From: Azolla caroliniana
Lineage: Eukaryota; Plantae; Polypodiophyta
Length of the DNA: 64,000 bases
Assembly (NCBI GenBank): GCA_043228905.1
Contig: JBHGNT010000001.1
Coordinates: 23,064,001 to 23,128,000 of the forward strand
Direction of reading: 5' to 3'
The notes beneath the pieces were generated by a model. The model was not told where the DNA came from, ran no database searches, and saw nothing but the letters and a program-made list of their open reading frames with translations. Positions 37,315 to 50,116 of this stretch are shown piece after piece. The position numbers and the translations under genes were made by a program. Positions within the stretch are counted from its first letter, which is position 1, and each line of letters begins with the position of its first letter.

Positions 37315-39692
37315 TCAAGTGTGAACTCTATTTCCTTGGCGAGTATAGGTCGTAGTTTGGGGTTGTCGGTCACAAAGGTGCCGGTGTAGCCTTGTACTTT
37401 GCGGAATGTGAGTCATAATTTTAAATTTAATATTTGTTGGAGCAAGGTTGTGTTGACTTCTTTGATTGGGGTAGGTTGGGAGATGGGGGGTGTCGGTTGG
37501 TGTTACGATGAGGGGGGTTGTACCTGTGTGTTCGGGTGGGAGATTTACCCATTCTTCGAGTTGGTCAAAGTTTAGGCTCGGGAGACTAAGCGATCCTTCG
37601 GACTGTTCGTGTCGTATGAGTTTGATGTACTCTTCGAACTTTTTTTTTTCAGCCACTGGGTTTGGCTATGTTGCTAGGTGTGTTGGTAGCTCTTGGTTAG
37701 GGTTGACGGGTATTGTTTCTACGTCTCCCTCCAGTTCTTGATCTTGCTTTGAGGTCTGCGTGGATGCATTTCTTTTGGATTCTCGTCTCTTACGTGTAGT
37801 CTTGGGGAGGCCTTGGTTGTGATACTTTATGTTATGAGCTACTCTTTGAGCTCGTGTGATGACGTTGGCGCCAACCGTTGATGGTACGATAGATAACAAA
37901 TTTGCGCCAATCCGTTTCTTTTTTTCTAGGAAATCAGGTACTAAGTTTTCTTTACCACACCCTGGGCATGATGCTTCTCTTTGGAACCACTCAACAAGGT
38001 CGTGTGATTGTTGGGTGAGATTTTGTACCAGTGGTTGTGGGGGTGTTTCGAGGGGGGGGTGTCGTGGTCGTTGTGCCATCCGGTTGTAGTACTCATGTTT
38101 GGTTGGGCACTCGTTAACCATGTGTGGGCCTTGGCAATTGAAACATTTCAATTTTGACCTTCTTAGACCATTATTGTTGCGATATCCCATCGACGGGCCC
38201 CTTTGTTCTCCTCTAAAGACGTACACTGGTATTTGGTCGCCTTCAAAGTCCACGAAGTGGGAAAACACCTCTTCTTCAACATCGTACTCATGGAATGAGT
38301 CTTCATATATGGGGGCGCCCCCCCCCAACCTGAGTTTGGTTATCATTGGAGGTGAGCGCGGGTGCTCGACCATTGGTGTTTGGCTATACCTTCCGTTTCG
38401 GGCTTTCCAGCAGTTCTCTTGGGAATGCATCACGAAGGATTTGCACCACTTAAAGTATTGTGGCCGCCGTTGGTGGAAGAGGGGGCACGCATGCCCCGTG
38501 TGATGGCCATGGCACACCATACACCTTACATTTTCTCTTTGGGCATATGCTTGGGTCTTTCTATACGGGGTGGTCTCGGTGGTGTGGGTCGAGTGGGATC
38601 CGAGGGCTTCCCACGGTTGTTCGTAGGCGCTTGAATGGGTATCCATAACCCACTCATTGAATCTTCGAAAGTCATCACTACCGTGCAAGCTTCAGCGAAT
38701 GATCGACACATCCTAGCAATCAGGAAATTTTGGAGTGTCAGGTCAAACAACCCATTGCTGAAGTGGCTCATCAATTTGTCATCCGACATCTTGTCACTCG
38801 GGCTACAACGATAGTGAAGGCCTTTCGTGCGGCGTATGTAGTCCTTGACTGTCTCGTTCGCTTCTTGCTTGAGGGTGAAAAGTTGGTCGATCGGATTCCA
38901 TTTATTCCCTCGACGAACAAAGTTTATCAGGAACTCTTCGATGACATACTCGAAGTCTGTGACGATGTCCTCATTCAAGGTCCTAAACCAAATTCCGGCT
39001 TGGTCATCGAGTGTAAGTCCAAATGCAGCTACTTTGGTGGTCTCTGTGAGGGGCTCATAAGCTTGACATATTTGCTTCAACCTCTCTATGTGATCATAGT
39101 TGTTACCGAAATCGAGAAAATGGGGTACTAGTTTAGAAATTGAAGCACTCTTCCCGTTGTCATTTGTGGGGTTTCTCGAATTGTCCGTGGGTGCTCGCTC
39201 TTTTTCCATCAATGCCACGAGGGTTTGTATGGATTGCGAGTTCAGCGTTTGCGGGTGCTGAGGTAGTTTGGTCGGGTGTAGGCGTCATGTCCATACGTGG
39301 TGGTGTCGAGTGTCATTGCGTGTGTGCTTCATTTGGGTTGTCGCCCGTTGTGCTCGAATGCAGTGCGGGGCTGGGCTCACGGCCTTGACAGTGCGTATCT
39401 GACGATGCTTCTAGGACGTGAAGTTTTTGTCGCACTCGCACAAACCTATCTTTCCTTTCTACCAAAGCGTCTTCAATATCTCAAGTGATGATTTCCGATT
39501 CATGTTGAGAGGTGCTTTAGTTGCTGGGCTTGATGGGAGGTTCATGTTTGGTAGCGTCCCCGGGGTTAACCACCCTCTATGGTATCGAATTGGGTTAGAT
39601 GGGTTAGCATTGTGTGTTTGGTTGGTTTGTGTGGACTCCTCCTGGCGTGTGGGTCGGGTTTTGAACATCTCCGTCCATGAGGATCCGACCAT
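37315..39692 (-). pseudogene. gag: gag of the Asp-primed element, unit 1
   Basis: Retrotrans_gag-like LKQEANETVKDY, and CX2CX3HX4C knuckles CMVCHGHHTGHAC and CFNCQGPHMVNEC. Confidence 0.88.
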
Positions 39693-39697
39693 GTTCT

Positions 39698-40303
39698 TGT
39701 TAGGAATATGTCCCTCCAATGGGAGGAAGAGCCGACTGTTCGGGAAGCCGACTATTGAAGGGTCGAAAACAGTGAGACGACTGTTTGAGAATTCGACTAT
39801 TATTATTATGGTAATAATGATGATGATGTTAGGAAACAGGTCTCTTCGAATGGGGAGAGAGAGGAGCGAAGTTGATGAGGGACTATATAGCCAACTCGGG
39901 AGACTATATTTGTAAATAGTCTAAAAGTTGCGTAAGTATATATGTAACTAGGGAAAACTTTAGATGTTCGATGAACAGAGTTAGAACTGTAGAAATAGAG
40001 TGTGTAGAGAGTTAGAGTGAGAGAAGACGGAAGAGTCGCGCCATAGTTGTGTGCGTAATAGCAGGCGTGAAGAGCCCTGTGCGGCTGATGCACTCGTGAG
40101 AGAGTGTTGTAATCTTCTCGCTATTGTATATCCACTATTTGTATAGTGATGAATCTGTTCCCGTGGTTTTTCCCGTTTTAGGGTTTTCACGTAAATCTCT
40201 GTGTATATATACTTCTGTTTATCTTGTCTTTCTGTACTTCTGCAATTCGTATTTCAGCCCGTAGGTTGTTTATTGTGATCTATTGCGCATCGATTTCTCA
40301 ACA
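39698..40303 (+). mobile_element. Solo LTR without matching TSD (related to 34958-35708)
   Basis: TGTT...AACA. Absent from the paralogous leader near 29607. Shares ctatatttgtaaatag and gtggtttttccc..gggttttcacgtaaa motifs with the other solo LTR. Confidence 0.8.
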
Positions 40304-40742
40304 GGATGTGGGTTCGTCGAACTTTGAAGGTTTGGCAAACTTCGACCTTTCGTCAAAAGATGTAGGTTCGTCGAAAGATGATCTTTCGTCGAACGTTGTG
40401 GGATTGGCAAACTTTGACCTTTCGTCAAAAGATGTTTGTTCGTCGAACTTTGATCTTTCGTTGAAGGATGTGGGTTTAGCAAACTGTGACCTTTCGTCAA
40501 AGGATGTAGGTTCGTCGAACTTTGAGGGTTTGGCAAACTTTGACCTTTCGTCAAAAGATGCGGGTTCGTTGAACTTTGAGGGTTTGGCAAACTTTGACCT
40601 TTCATTGAAAGATGTGGGTTCGTCGAACTTTGAAGGTTTGGCAAACTTCGACCTTTCGTCGAACAATGTGGGTTCGTCGAACTTTGATCTTTTCTCGAAG
40701 GATATGGGTTCGTCGAAAGATGATCTTTGGTCAAACTTTGAG
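40304..40742. repeat. Modular tandem repeat array in the 5' leader (copy 1)
   Basis: Same modules as 29625-30362. Confidence 0.92.
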
Positions 40743-41017
40743 CGGGAAATTTGCCCTGCAACGGCTAAATCTCACAAATGCTTAGTGTTAACCAGACGAA
40801 TAGTTTGCTAACATACAGGTGGGCGATTAAGGGGGGAAAAATTAAAACTAAAAAAAAATAGAAAATTAACTTAATGAAAATGTGAAGTAGTGAAAATTTT
40901 AATTAATGTGGTTTCCTTTTGATTTCTTCCCTCGTTAAGTGGGTTTCCTACGAGTGTTTGATCACTCGAAGTCGGCTTCAAGCGTCGGTCGTATCCCCGG
41001 CAACGGCGCCAAATAGA

Positions 41018-41600
41018 TGTGTAGGATCAATGTATCGATGTACTTAACTCCTCGATGTCGTTTGCGGAGTTCAGACCGGCGTATACCCTTTTGATGGCGA
41101 ATCGGGTGGAGATGGTTGTCGGACACCTCCGAGCCTCCCACTCACTTAACGATTAATAGATTATTAAGCACGATCTCTCTCTCACTCTCTCAAGCTCTCT
41201 CTCATTGACAATAGGGTAATGAATATAGACAATAAGAGTAATGAATATGTTTATTAACCCTCTTTGCTAAGAGTTCTAGCACCAACAAGGAAGAGAGATT
41301 AGTGTTCTCTAACTAAACACCTCACTAATCTCTCTTAAGCTTAAAGGTTACAAGAAGGAGGAGAGGAAGCTCTAGCTCTTAATCAATAGGGAGATCTTTA
41401 CAAATGGAAGAACCCTTACAAAGCCACCACCATGTGGTTTATATAGCATTTACATTTAGGGTATGGACCTTTCACACTTGAATGTCCCTCAGCCCTCTTT
41501 CCTCTTGCCATTCCCTCTTCATAGGTCCTTTAGCCATACTACATCCTTGTTTATGCACTCTTCTTCATTACCGGTCGTGGTGCGATCTAAGCGCTTAACA
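41018..41600 (-). repeat. 5' LTR of the Asp-primed element
   Basis: TGTTAAG...CCTACACA on the minus strand, followed by the PBS. Confidence 0.92.
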
Positions 41601-41605
41601 TCCTT

Positions 41606-42321
41606 GAAGTTCCATCAAATCATAGATGGAATGAATGTGCTACAGGCCACTTAGAGGCGGTTAAACAAGCATACTATGCATTTGAGAACACATGGAATCT
41701 TGGAGATATTAAGTGTTGGGTCCTCAAGAAATATCTTTTCGACACTTTGGTGACCATTTTCTTACAAAGTTTCTACAAGTTAAGAAACAACGGCCCGACA
41801 CCCTCCTCTTCCTTGAGACGGGATCGCTTCCAATTGAGATCATGTCCATGGAAAGGGTTGTTGAATACATCCTTAAGGTTCAAAAAAGTCCCTCACATCG
41901 GCTTCCTAGAATTGCATGGGAAGCAAGCAAAAATATCCAAAAGACGCATAAAAGCAAAATTTTGTGTTCTGGTTGGATGCAAGATATAGAAAAATGGTTT
42001 GGTAGATGGGATGTGAGACACTTGCTTCATGATGCATCATTAGATTCCTCTGTAAATGAGGCTTTTTGCAACACCAATGTATCATGACATGCGACAAGTG
42101 TGGAGGCTCACGCTTCACACATTATACTACACATGTTGCGCCTAACTACAAAACCATATTCTTTGCGGAATGGGGAAATCGTACACATCGATGCATGTTA
42201 GAGCCCATACCGTTATCTGCCATTCGAACCTTGGCTTCCATGCGACTTAGCTCACATGGATTGCAATGTGAGATGGGGCATTGGGGCACAAGTGATGAGG
42301 ATGGTCGACTATGCACACTTT
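41606..42321 (+). mobile_element. LINE 2, part 3 (post-RT region)
   Basis: Continues FKYLGL|EVPSNHRW, then LETGSLPIE and MRLSSHGLQCEMG..RLCTL. Confidence 0.85.
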
Positions 42322-42804
42322 TGTTGGGAATTCGGTCCCTCCGGATAGGATCCAGATGAGATCTGTTTTGTCCGCCGGAATAGTAACCGACGGACAAGAG
42401 CGTAGGAATAAGAAATAATATAAGATCATCACGCATGTAACTATTCACGCAGGAAGCGTGAACAGCTAAATACACCCTGCATATATAAAGGGCAGAAAAC
42501 CTATGATAGAGGGAGCGTGTAATTTTGGGAATGTAAGAAACGTCTCATAATAGAATTCTATCTTCTCTGATTCTCTGTGTTTAGCTACGGCTAATCCGTT
42601 GTGTGTGTCTTGAAGACCTGAGCGTGTAAGAACGTAAGTGTAACCCGTGCTAAGGATTCGGTTGTAGCCGTCTCCCTTATACGCTGATAGGTTACAGGGA
42701 ACATTCCCCTACGCATTACGCTTAGACGCCTATTTTTTGTTCCACACCCACTTGGAGGTCTAGGTCGAAGGACTGACCGCGGACCGTGTTCCTAATCGGC
42801 AACA
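42322..42804 (+). repeat. 5' LTR of a further gypsy element (probable tRNA-Arg PBS at 42809)
   Basis: TGTTG...CAACA, TATA-like atatataaagg, followed by TGGCACGC. The partner LTR is not in the window. Confidence 0.72.
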
Positions 42805-43904
42805 CTTTTGGCACGCTTGGTGATCTGTGTCTTCTCACAAACAAGCAACAACGAATGGATGTTTAGCCACAGACGCCCTAGAGAACCAACACGACAAGAC
42901 CGGCCAATAACAACGTCCGTCACACGCCAAGCAAAAGAACGTTGTCGTGAAGAATGTGCTTCACGATATAAAAATGAGCTTAAATATTGTATTTAATAAT
43001 ATTTGAGAGACTAGAACCCACATCCTTATATACGATGTACAATGTACATACCACTAGGCTAGGCTATTTATTTATAAAAGTGTGTAATAAATGTGCTTCA
43101 TGATATAAGAATGAAGCTATATATTGTATTAAGTAAAATTGAGGGACTTGAACCCTCAACCTTGTATACCAAGCACCAAACATACACCACTAAGCTAGGT
43201 TAGTTATTTTAGAATAGATTTTCATCATTATACTTATCCCAGATCTATTTTCATACATAGCCATCATTCATCACATGCAATGCATGTGCGCCAAATGGCG
43301 ATCATGCATTACATGTAACTCATGCATTGCATGCATGCCATGCTCCCATACATTACCATATGCTTGGCAACACTTATATAAAGAGGGGAAAGGGAAAACA
43401 AGGTAAGGAATCAAGAGAAAGTGAGAAAATAATATAATCAAGTAAAGAAGATTACCTCATTGGGTGGAGAACCTCTCGTTTCGAAGTTGAGGTCGTGGGT
43501 TCAAATCAAGGGTCGGTAGCGAATGTGTTCAGTTTGCGATCAAGGATTGTAAAGTTGGTAAAATATTGTCTTTCTAATATACATCATGTTTATATCAAAT
43601 ACTCTTGCTTCTTGATTCATACTTTGTCTCAATCTTCCTTATTAAATCATATTTTGTCTCTATCTTGCTTCTTGAATCATATATTGTCTCTATCTTCTAT
43701 CTATTCTCATCTCTCTCTCACACACACATTACTCGTAACTCTTCTTCTTGCTACTCTTAACCTTTCTAACATCACCATACAAGCCTTATTAAAAGTTAAG
43801 TTTCTTCAACTCCCCTTAACCTTAGTCCCCGCGACTTCGCCGCACGAACCACAACTACCCCGACACATTTGGTGAACCCGACGTGAAGGCGGCGACAAGG
43901 AGAA

Positions 43905-45609
43905 ATGGAGGAGCAAATGAGGCTTATGTGTAGGATGATGGAACGAGTGATGCGGGAACAAGGGATGATGGCAAGCATCGACAAAGTCGTCGACAATATT
44001 CTCGCACGACTAGGAATCTTCAAAGGTATAAATTTAACAAGATTTCTGAAGATTTATAATGAAGAAATGCTTAAACGCGGTGTCGACGAAGCTGCAAAAA
44101 TTAATAGCTTTAGTCGAGTTGCTGCGATTGGGCTACAAGAAAGGATCCAGGAGCTACAGAGGGAACATCAGACATGGGTGACTTTTGAAAGAGCATTGCT
44201 AAATGAATACAACCTCAACGATATGTCAAGGATGACAAGGTGAGCTTTCATGGATTGGGTAGAGTCTAATAAACATTTAAGTGTTTTGGAAGTATTAAAA
44301 GAGTTTTCTGAAAGATTTGAGCAACTAAATGTTAGAGATAGAAATATCATAGTGCTAGATAAAGTAATATTGTTTCTACAAGCTACTAATATTAAAGACA
44401 GGAAGGACTTGGGAATGCTTTTAGAAGATCAGAATAGTCCAAGTGGACTTACCAAAGATTGGGAGGAGGTGAAAAGGGCGTGCGCCCATTTCTGCAAAAG
44501 AAAGTTATGGTTTATGGAGTTGCCCGACAGAAATGATGAAGAAATAGGGAACGAGTCGGGAGAAAAGAAAGTAGAAGAATCACTCTTACACGAATTGGTG
44601 AAAGGTATGAAAGACTTGTCGATCAAAGTGACGAAGCTAGAATCGGGACAAAGCTCGACTTCATCAAGGCGGGGAGGTGGAATGGTCTGAAGGTGTATGT
44701 GGTGTGATAGTATCGACCACCAGAAGAAAGATTGTCAAGAGCATAGGGATGCTCTTAATCATAATAAAATCTACTATCAAGATGGCAAGATTCACTCAAC
44801 TGAGACTCGACAACCACTTCAACTCAACTTTGGGCGAGGAGGAATGAAAAAGCTAATGGAAGATGCCGAGAGAGAAACGACTCAAGCGATACAATCCGTG
44901 GCAACCTTAGGATTGCGCGTAGAAGACTCATATGGTGGATCTGGCTTTTGGCAAGATGTGATGGATTATGCAAGAAAAGGGAAGGTTCGAGTGGATGAAT
45001 GAAAAAAAGCGGGAGATGAAATACGAAACTTCACTGGATGGAATGATCCAGTAGACGCGCTATCAGCATTTGCCCAAGTGAATGCACGAGATGTGCTAGT
45101 GGAAGAGAAGCGGAAGAGAGTTGAGGAAGCTAATCCGACAAAGAGACATGAGACACGAGAACAGAAGAGAAGGGAGATGAAAAAGGGTGCTACTGAGCCA
45201 TCATGGATCGGAGATTAACATGATGTCATCGGAATTTTACGCACGAGGACGGTGGCCGATCGACAAGAATCATGGGTGGAAAATAAGAGCTGCCACAGAA
45301 ACTACAGAGGATCTATTCAGAGCATGTCCTAGTGTGAAGGTAACAATTGGTGATGTCTCGGTGAATCAAAATTTCTTTGTGCAGGATCGATCAACCTACC
45401 CTGTCATCCTTGGCCAGCCCTACATCACCGCAGTGAGGATGGAAACAAAGGTTATTGATGATGGTTCGGCTTTCGCGAGAATCAAGAGTCAAGATGGAAG
45501 AAAGACTGTCCAATTCTTAACCGTGAGGCCCAACCATGAAAGAAACAAAGAATGCTTGAGGGAACATCCAATTCAATAGATGGATGAAGAGTTTTCCCAG
45601 GATTTTTAG
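43905..45609 (+). pseudogene. gag: gag-PR ORF1, family B (stops and an internal deletion)
   Basis: Nearly identical to the N-terminus of the 22480 ORF. HHGSEINMM. Ends QDF*. Confidence 0.9.
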
Positions 45610-48600
45610 ATAGGGCTTTTACAGGTAGGGGCTGTGATAGCCCGAACATAAAAGAAAACCCCAAAAATAATAATGTAAATAAAGATATTCCTTGTACAAT
45701 CTCATCTAATGGTGCTACTTTTATACTAAAAGTAAATAATAATAAAATACAAAATGCTTTCGAGTACTTTAAGTGTTCTGGATTAATAGATGATGATGAA
45801 GAAATTTAGGATATGTTTGAAAAATTAAGTTTTGAAGATACAATAACTCATTTGGAAGCAATGGAAGAAGACAACGAAATCCAAGTTCCTGTCCATTCAA
45901 TCAAGATGTACGAGGTCATTGAAGAAGTTGCTCGAAAGGATCATGAAGCACATGTACTAACAAAGTACAAGACAGTGGAGAAGAAGGTTCGTCCTATTGC
46001 TACTCCACTTCCAGGGAATAGTGAAAAGGCAATCAAAGAAGTAGCCACAGAGCCAATGATCAGAGACCCACAAAAGGTAGGACATGTGTTTACTCCGGAA
46101 ACAATACAAGGGATGAAAATAGGAGGGGGTGACTTCCTATTACCCGCTGAAGAAAAGCAGTTCAGGGAGATGTTAAAAAGGCATGGAAAGGCGTTCACAT
46201 TCCAACCGGAGGAAATAGGGTGTGTGGATCCAGAAATTGTGGAGCCCATGGTTATATTCACTATCCCTCATATTCCATGGAACTTTAAGCCAATACCCAT
46301 GCCTAGGGCTAGAATCCCTCAACTATTAGAACTTTTGAAAGAAAAGATAAGGATGGGTATCTTGGAACCATCGAACGCTCCTTACTCGAGTCGATGGTTC
46401 ACTGTGTTAAAGAAAGATGGGCGACTCCGATTTATCCAAGATATGCAACCCGTGAATAAGGTAACAATCCGAAACTCGGGAGTAGGGCCAATTGTGGATG
46501 AGTTTGCTGAGATGTTTGCAGGAAGAGCTATATATTCAATGGGAGACCTTTATTGCGGGTATGATCAATTTCCACTTGCTATCAAAAGTCGAGATATAAC
46601 TTCTATCAAGACACCTATAGGGTTAGTACGGATGTGCACCTTGCCGCAAGGAGCGACCAACTCAATGGCGCATATGATGAATGGAATGAACAAGGTACTT
46701 CGTGATTTTATTCCTCATATTACAATGCCTTTTCTAGATGATGTTCCAATTAAGGGATGCAAGGAGGAAGAGAAGAACGAGGAATTGGACGAAAGTGGTT
46801 GCCGTCAATTCGTTACTGATCATATCAAGGATTGTGAGAAGGTGCTATCAAGGATGGAAGAAGTGCATTTGACCTTATCAGGGGCGAAGTCAATATTTGG
46901 GGCAAAAGAGATATTAATAGTTGGTCATATGTGTGGCCCGTATGGGAGAAATCCATCCCCAACCAAGGTCAATGCAATTCAAAATATGCAAGAGGAATGT
47001 ACATCCATCTCAGAAGTACGAAGGTTTCTGGGGGTATGTGTTTTTTACTGTAAATGGATTCCGCATTATGCCCATTTATCTGAACCTTTATATAGACTCC
47101 TAAGAAAAGGAGAGACATTTGAATGGAGTGAAGAGCATTCAGAGGCAATGAAGAAATTGAAGTACTACTTGGCACAAGCTCCACCATTAAAGCAACCAGA
47201 CTACACCCGACCCATATATCTCACAGTAGACTCTAGTCCCATTGGAATTGGATGGGTGATAAGCCAACAAGATAGGGAAGAAAGGTATCTAGTCCGATTC
47301 GGGGCAAAGGTTCTTAGTGGTCGACAAAGAAAATATGCACAGGTGAAAAGAGAGCTATGGGGGATAGTAACAGCTGTAAAGACAAACAGAGATTACTTAA
47401 TTGGTGCTGAAGTAATAATAGAAACAGATTGTTTGCCTATTCTGGGTATCATAGCTAATTGTGATATTCCAGATCAAGCCATGTTAAGATGGTGTATCTA
47501 TATTAGATCAATCAACCCTGAAGATCAATCTCTGGGATTAGAAATGCAGTAGCAGATATGTTATCAAGAGCAAGGTATGAGGAAGAGGAGATTCCAGACT
47601 CGGACGATGAGGACAAAGAACAAACAATCCTTACCACAAGCATTACTCGGGAAGGAGGAATGCAGTTTCTAGAAGAGGAGTATGAAGAAGAATTCAAGGA
47701 AATAGGGAAATAGGGAAATACCTACAAACCCCTGACAAGTACAAAGGTTGATCTGGAAAAGAGTTCGCACAGTTTCGCAAGAAAGCCCCTAAGTTCTTCC
47801 TGCATGAAGGATATCTATGGCGACATCCGAAAACCAAGACTGGAAACCCGCAAAGAGTAATAGGTTCTGAAGGGCAAAGAAAGGAGATAATCAGAGAGTT
47901 GCATGACAAAGAATGGGCTGGTCATCGAGGAGTGTGGGCCACTTTCAGTAAGATTAAAGAACGATTTTGGTGGCCTCGATACTATGAGCAAATAAAAAAG
48001 TATGTGGAAACTTGTCCCACTTGTCAATATTATTCAAATGTAAAATTTTGTGATGAATTACACCCAACATACTCACCGGGGGTGCATTACAAGTGGATGA
48101 TAGATTTGGTAACAATGCCACTTGGAGTAGGACAAAAGAGATACTTGTTGCTTGCTAGAGAAGATCTAACAAATCAAGTGGAAGGTCGTTCATTGAGAAC
48201 AAAAGGGACATTAGGAGTATGTCAATTCATCTTGGAGGACATTGTTTGTAGATATGGATGTATCGGGAAGATAGTGGCAGATAGGGGAGAACTCAATTCT
48301 GCGGAAGCTCAAGATTTTGTCGACAAAATAGGAATTCGGCTTTCTTTGACAACGGCGTACAATCCAGAAGCTAATGGAAAGGTAGAAAGGGGACATGGGC
48401 CAATAGTCAAAGCTTTGGCAAAGGCATGTAGAGGACGGGTTAGTGATTGGCCAAAAACCTTACCCTATGCACTATGGGCTGATAGGACAACTCACAGCAC
48501 TGTTACTGGATATATGCCTGCAGAATTAATCACAGGACAGAAGCCAATAATGCCAATTGAAGAAAAGATAACTACATGGGTCGTGTGCCTTGGGAATCGG

Positions 48601-49067
48601 AAATGAGTAGGGAAGATTTACTTGCGGTTCGAATACGACAACTTCAATCAAGGATAGAAGACATAGAAAAAGCAGCTACTAGATTGAAAGAGGCAAGAAT
48701 CAAGAATAAGGACAGATTTGACAAGATGAAAAGAATACGACCAAGAAAGGTGCAAGAGGGAGATTGGGTATTAGTATATGATAATAGCCTAGATAATCAA
48801 TACAGTACTATTCGGAAGTTTGCAAAAAGATGGTTTGGACCTTATGAAGTTAGGAAAATAACAGATAAAGACACATATTTCCTCAATGAATTAGATGGGA
48901 CAGAAATTCGTATCCCAATTGCAGGAAAAAGGATTAAAATATTTAAAAGGAGGGAGTCATTAGAGCCTGAATTTTATGAAGAAGTAGAAGAACTAAAAGA
49001 ATCGGAAGAAGTGTTGGATGAACTCTGCACAACCAATGTGCAAGTTCAGAGGGGGTGGGTGTCGTGA
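45600..49067 (+). pseudogene. pol: pol ORF2 (RT-RH-IN), family B
   Basis: ORFs 45813-47552 (FLDD, TVDSSPIGIGW), 47899-48606 and 48576-49067 (WFGPY). Confidence 0.93.
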
Positions 49068-50116
49068 AGAATGTGCTTCACGATATAAAAATGAGCTTAA
49101 ATGTTGTATTTAATAATATTTGAGAGACTAGAACCCACATCCTTATATACGATGTACAATGTACATACCACTAGGCTAGGCTATTTATTTGTAAAAGTGT
49201 GTAATAAATGTGCTTCATGATATAAGAATGAAGCTATATATTGTATTAAGTAAAATTGAGGGACTTGAACCCTCAACCTTGTATACCAAGCACCAAGCAT
49301 ACACCACTAAGCTAGGTTAGTTATTTTAGAATGGATTTTCATCATTATACTTATCGCATATCTATTTTCATACATAGCCATCATTCATCACATGCAATGC
49401 ATGTGTGCCAAATGGCGATCATGCATTACATGTAACTCATGCATTGCATGCATGCCATGCTCCCATACATTACCATATGCATGGCAACACTTATATAAAG
49501 AGGGGAAAGGGAAAACAAGGTAAGGAATCAAGAGAAATTGAGAAAATAATACAATCAAGTAAAGAAGACTACCTCATTGGGTGGAGAACCTCTCGTTTCG
49601 AAGTTGAGGTCGTGGGTTCAAATCAAGGGTCGGTAGAGAATGTGTTCAGTTTGCGATCAAGGATTGTAAAGTTGGTAAAATATTGTCTTTCTAATATACG
49701 TCATGTTTATATCAAATACTCTTGCTTCTTGATTCATACTTTGTCTCAATCTTCCTTATTAAATCATATTTTGTCTCTATCTTGCTTCTTGAATCATATA
49801 TTGTCTCTATCTTCTATCTATTCTCATCTCTCTCACACACACACATTACTCATAACTCTTCTTCTTGCTACTCTTAACCTTTCTAACATCACCATACAAG
49901 CCTTATTAAAAGTTAAGTTTCTTCAACTCCCCTTAACCTTAGTCCCCACGACTTCGCCGCACGAACAACAACTACCCCGACAACGCGCAAGGCAAAAGCC
50001 TCGCCTCAACAACCTCAGTACTACCTGTCGTGAGTACAAAGGTGAGTCTTCGCTCTCCAAATACCTCAACGAGACACGAGGACTACGCTCACCACAGCCA
50101 CCTGGTAGCCCCCATC

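Larger units (their letters stand above)
28320..41600 (-). mobile_element. Tandem (three-LTR) tRNA-Asp-primed Athila/OTA-like gypsy element
   Basis: LTRs at 41018-41600, 30706-31285 and (truncated) 28320-28595. PBS TGGCGCCGTTGCCGGGGA follows two of the LTRs. PPT at 31286. Flanks are GCCTT/TCCTT and the LINE frame (YLGL|EVP) rejoins across the insertion. Confidence 0.9.
42943..49982 (+). mobile_element. Full-length gypsy, family B (AT-rich)
   Basis: 923-bp LTRs at 42943-43865 and 49060-49982, Trp PBS at 43870, PPT, TSD ACGT/ACGC. Confidence 0.96.
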
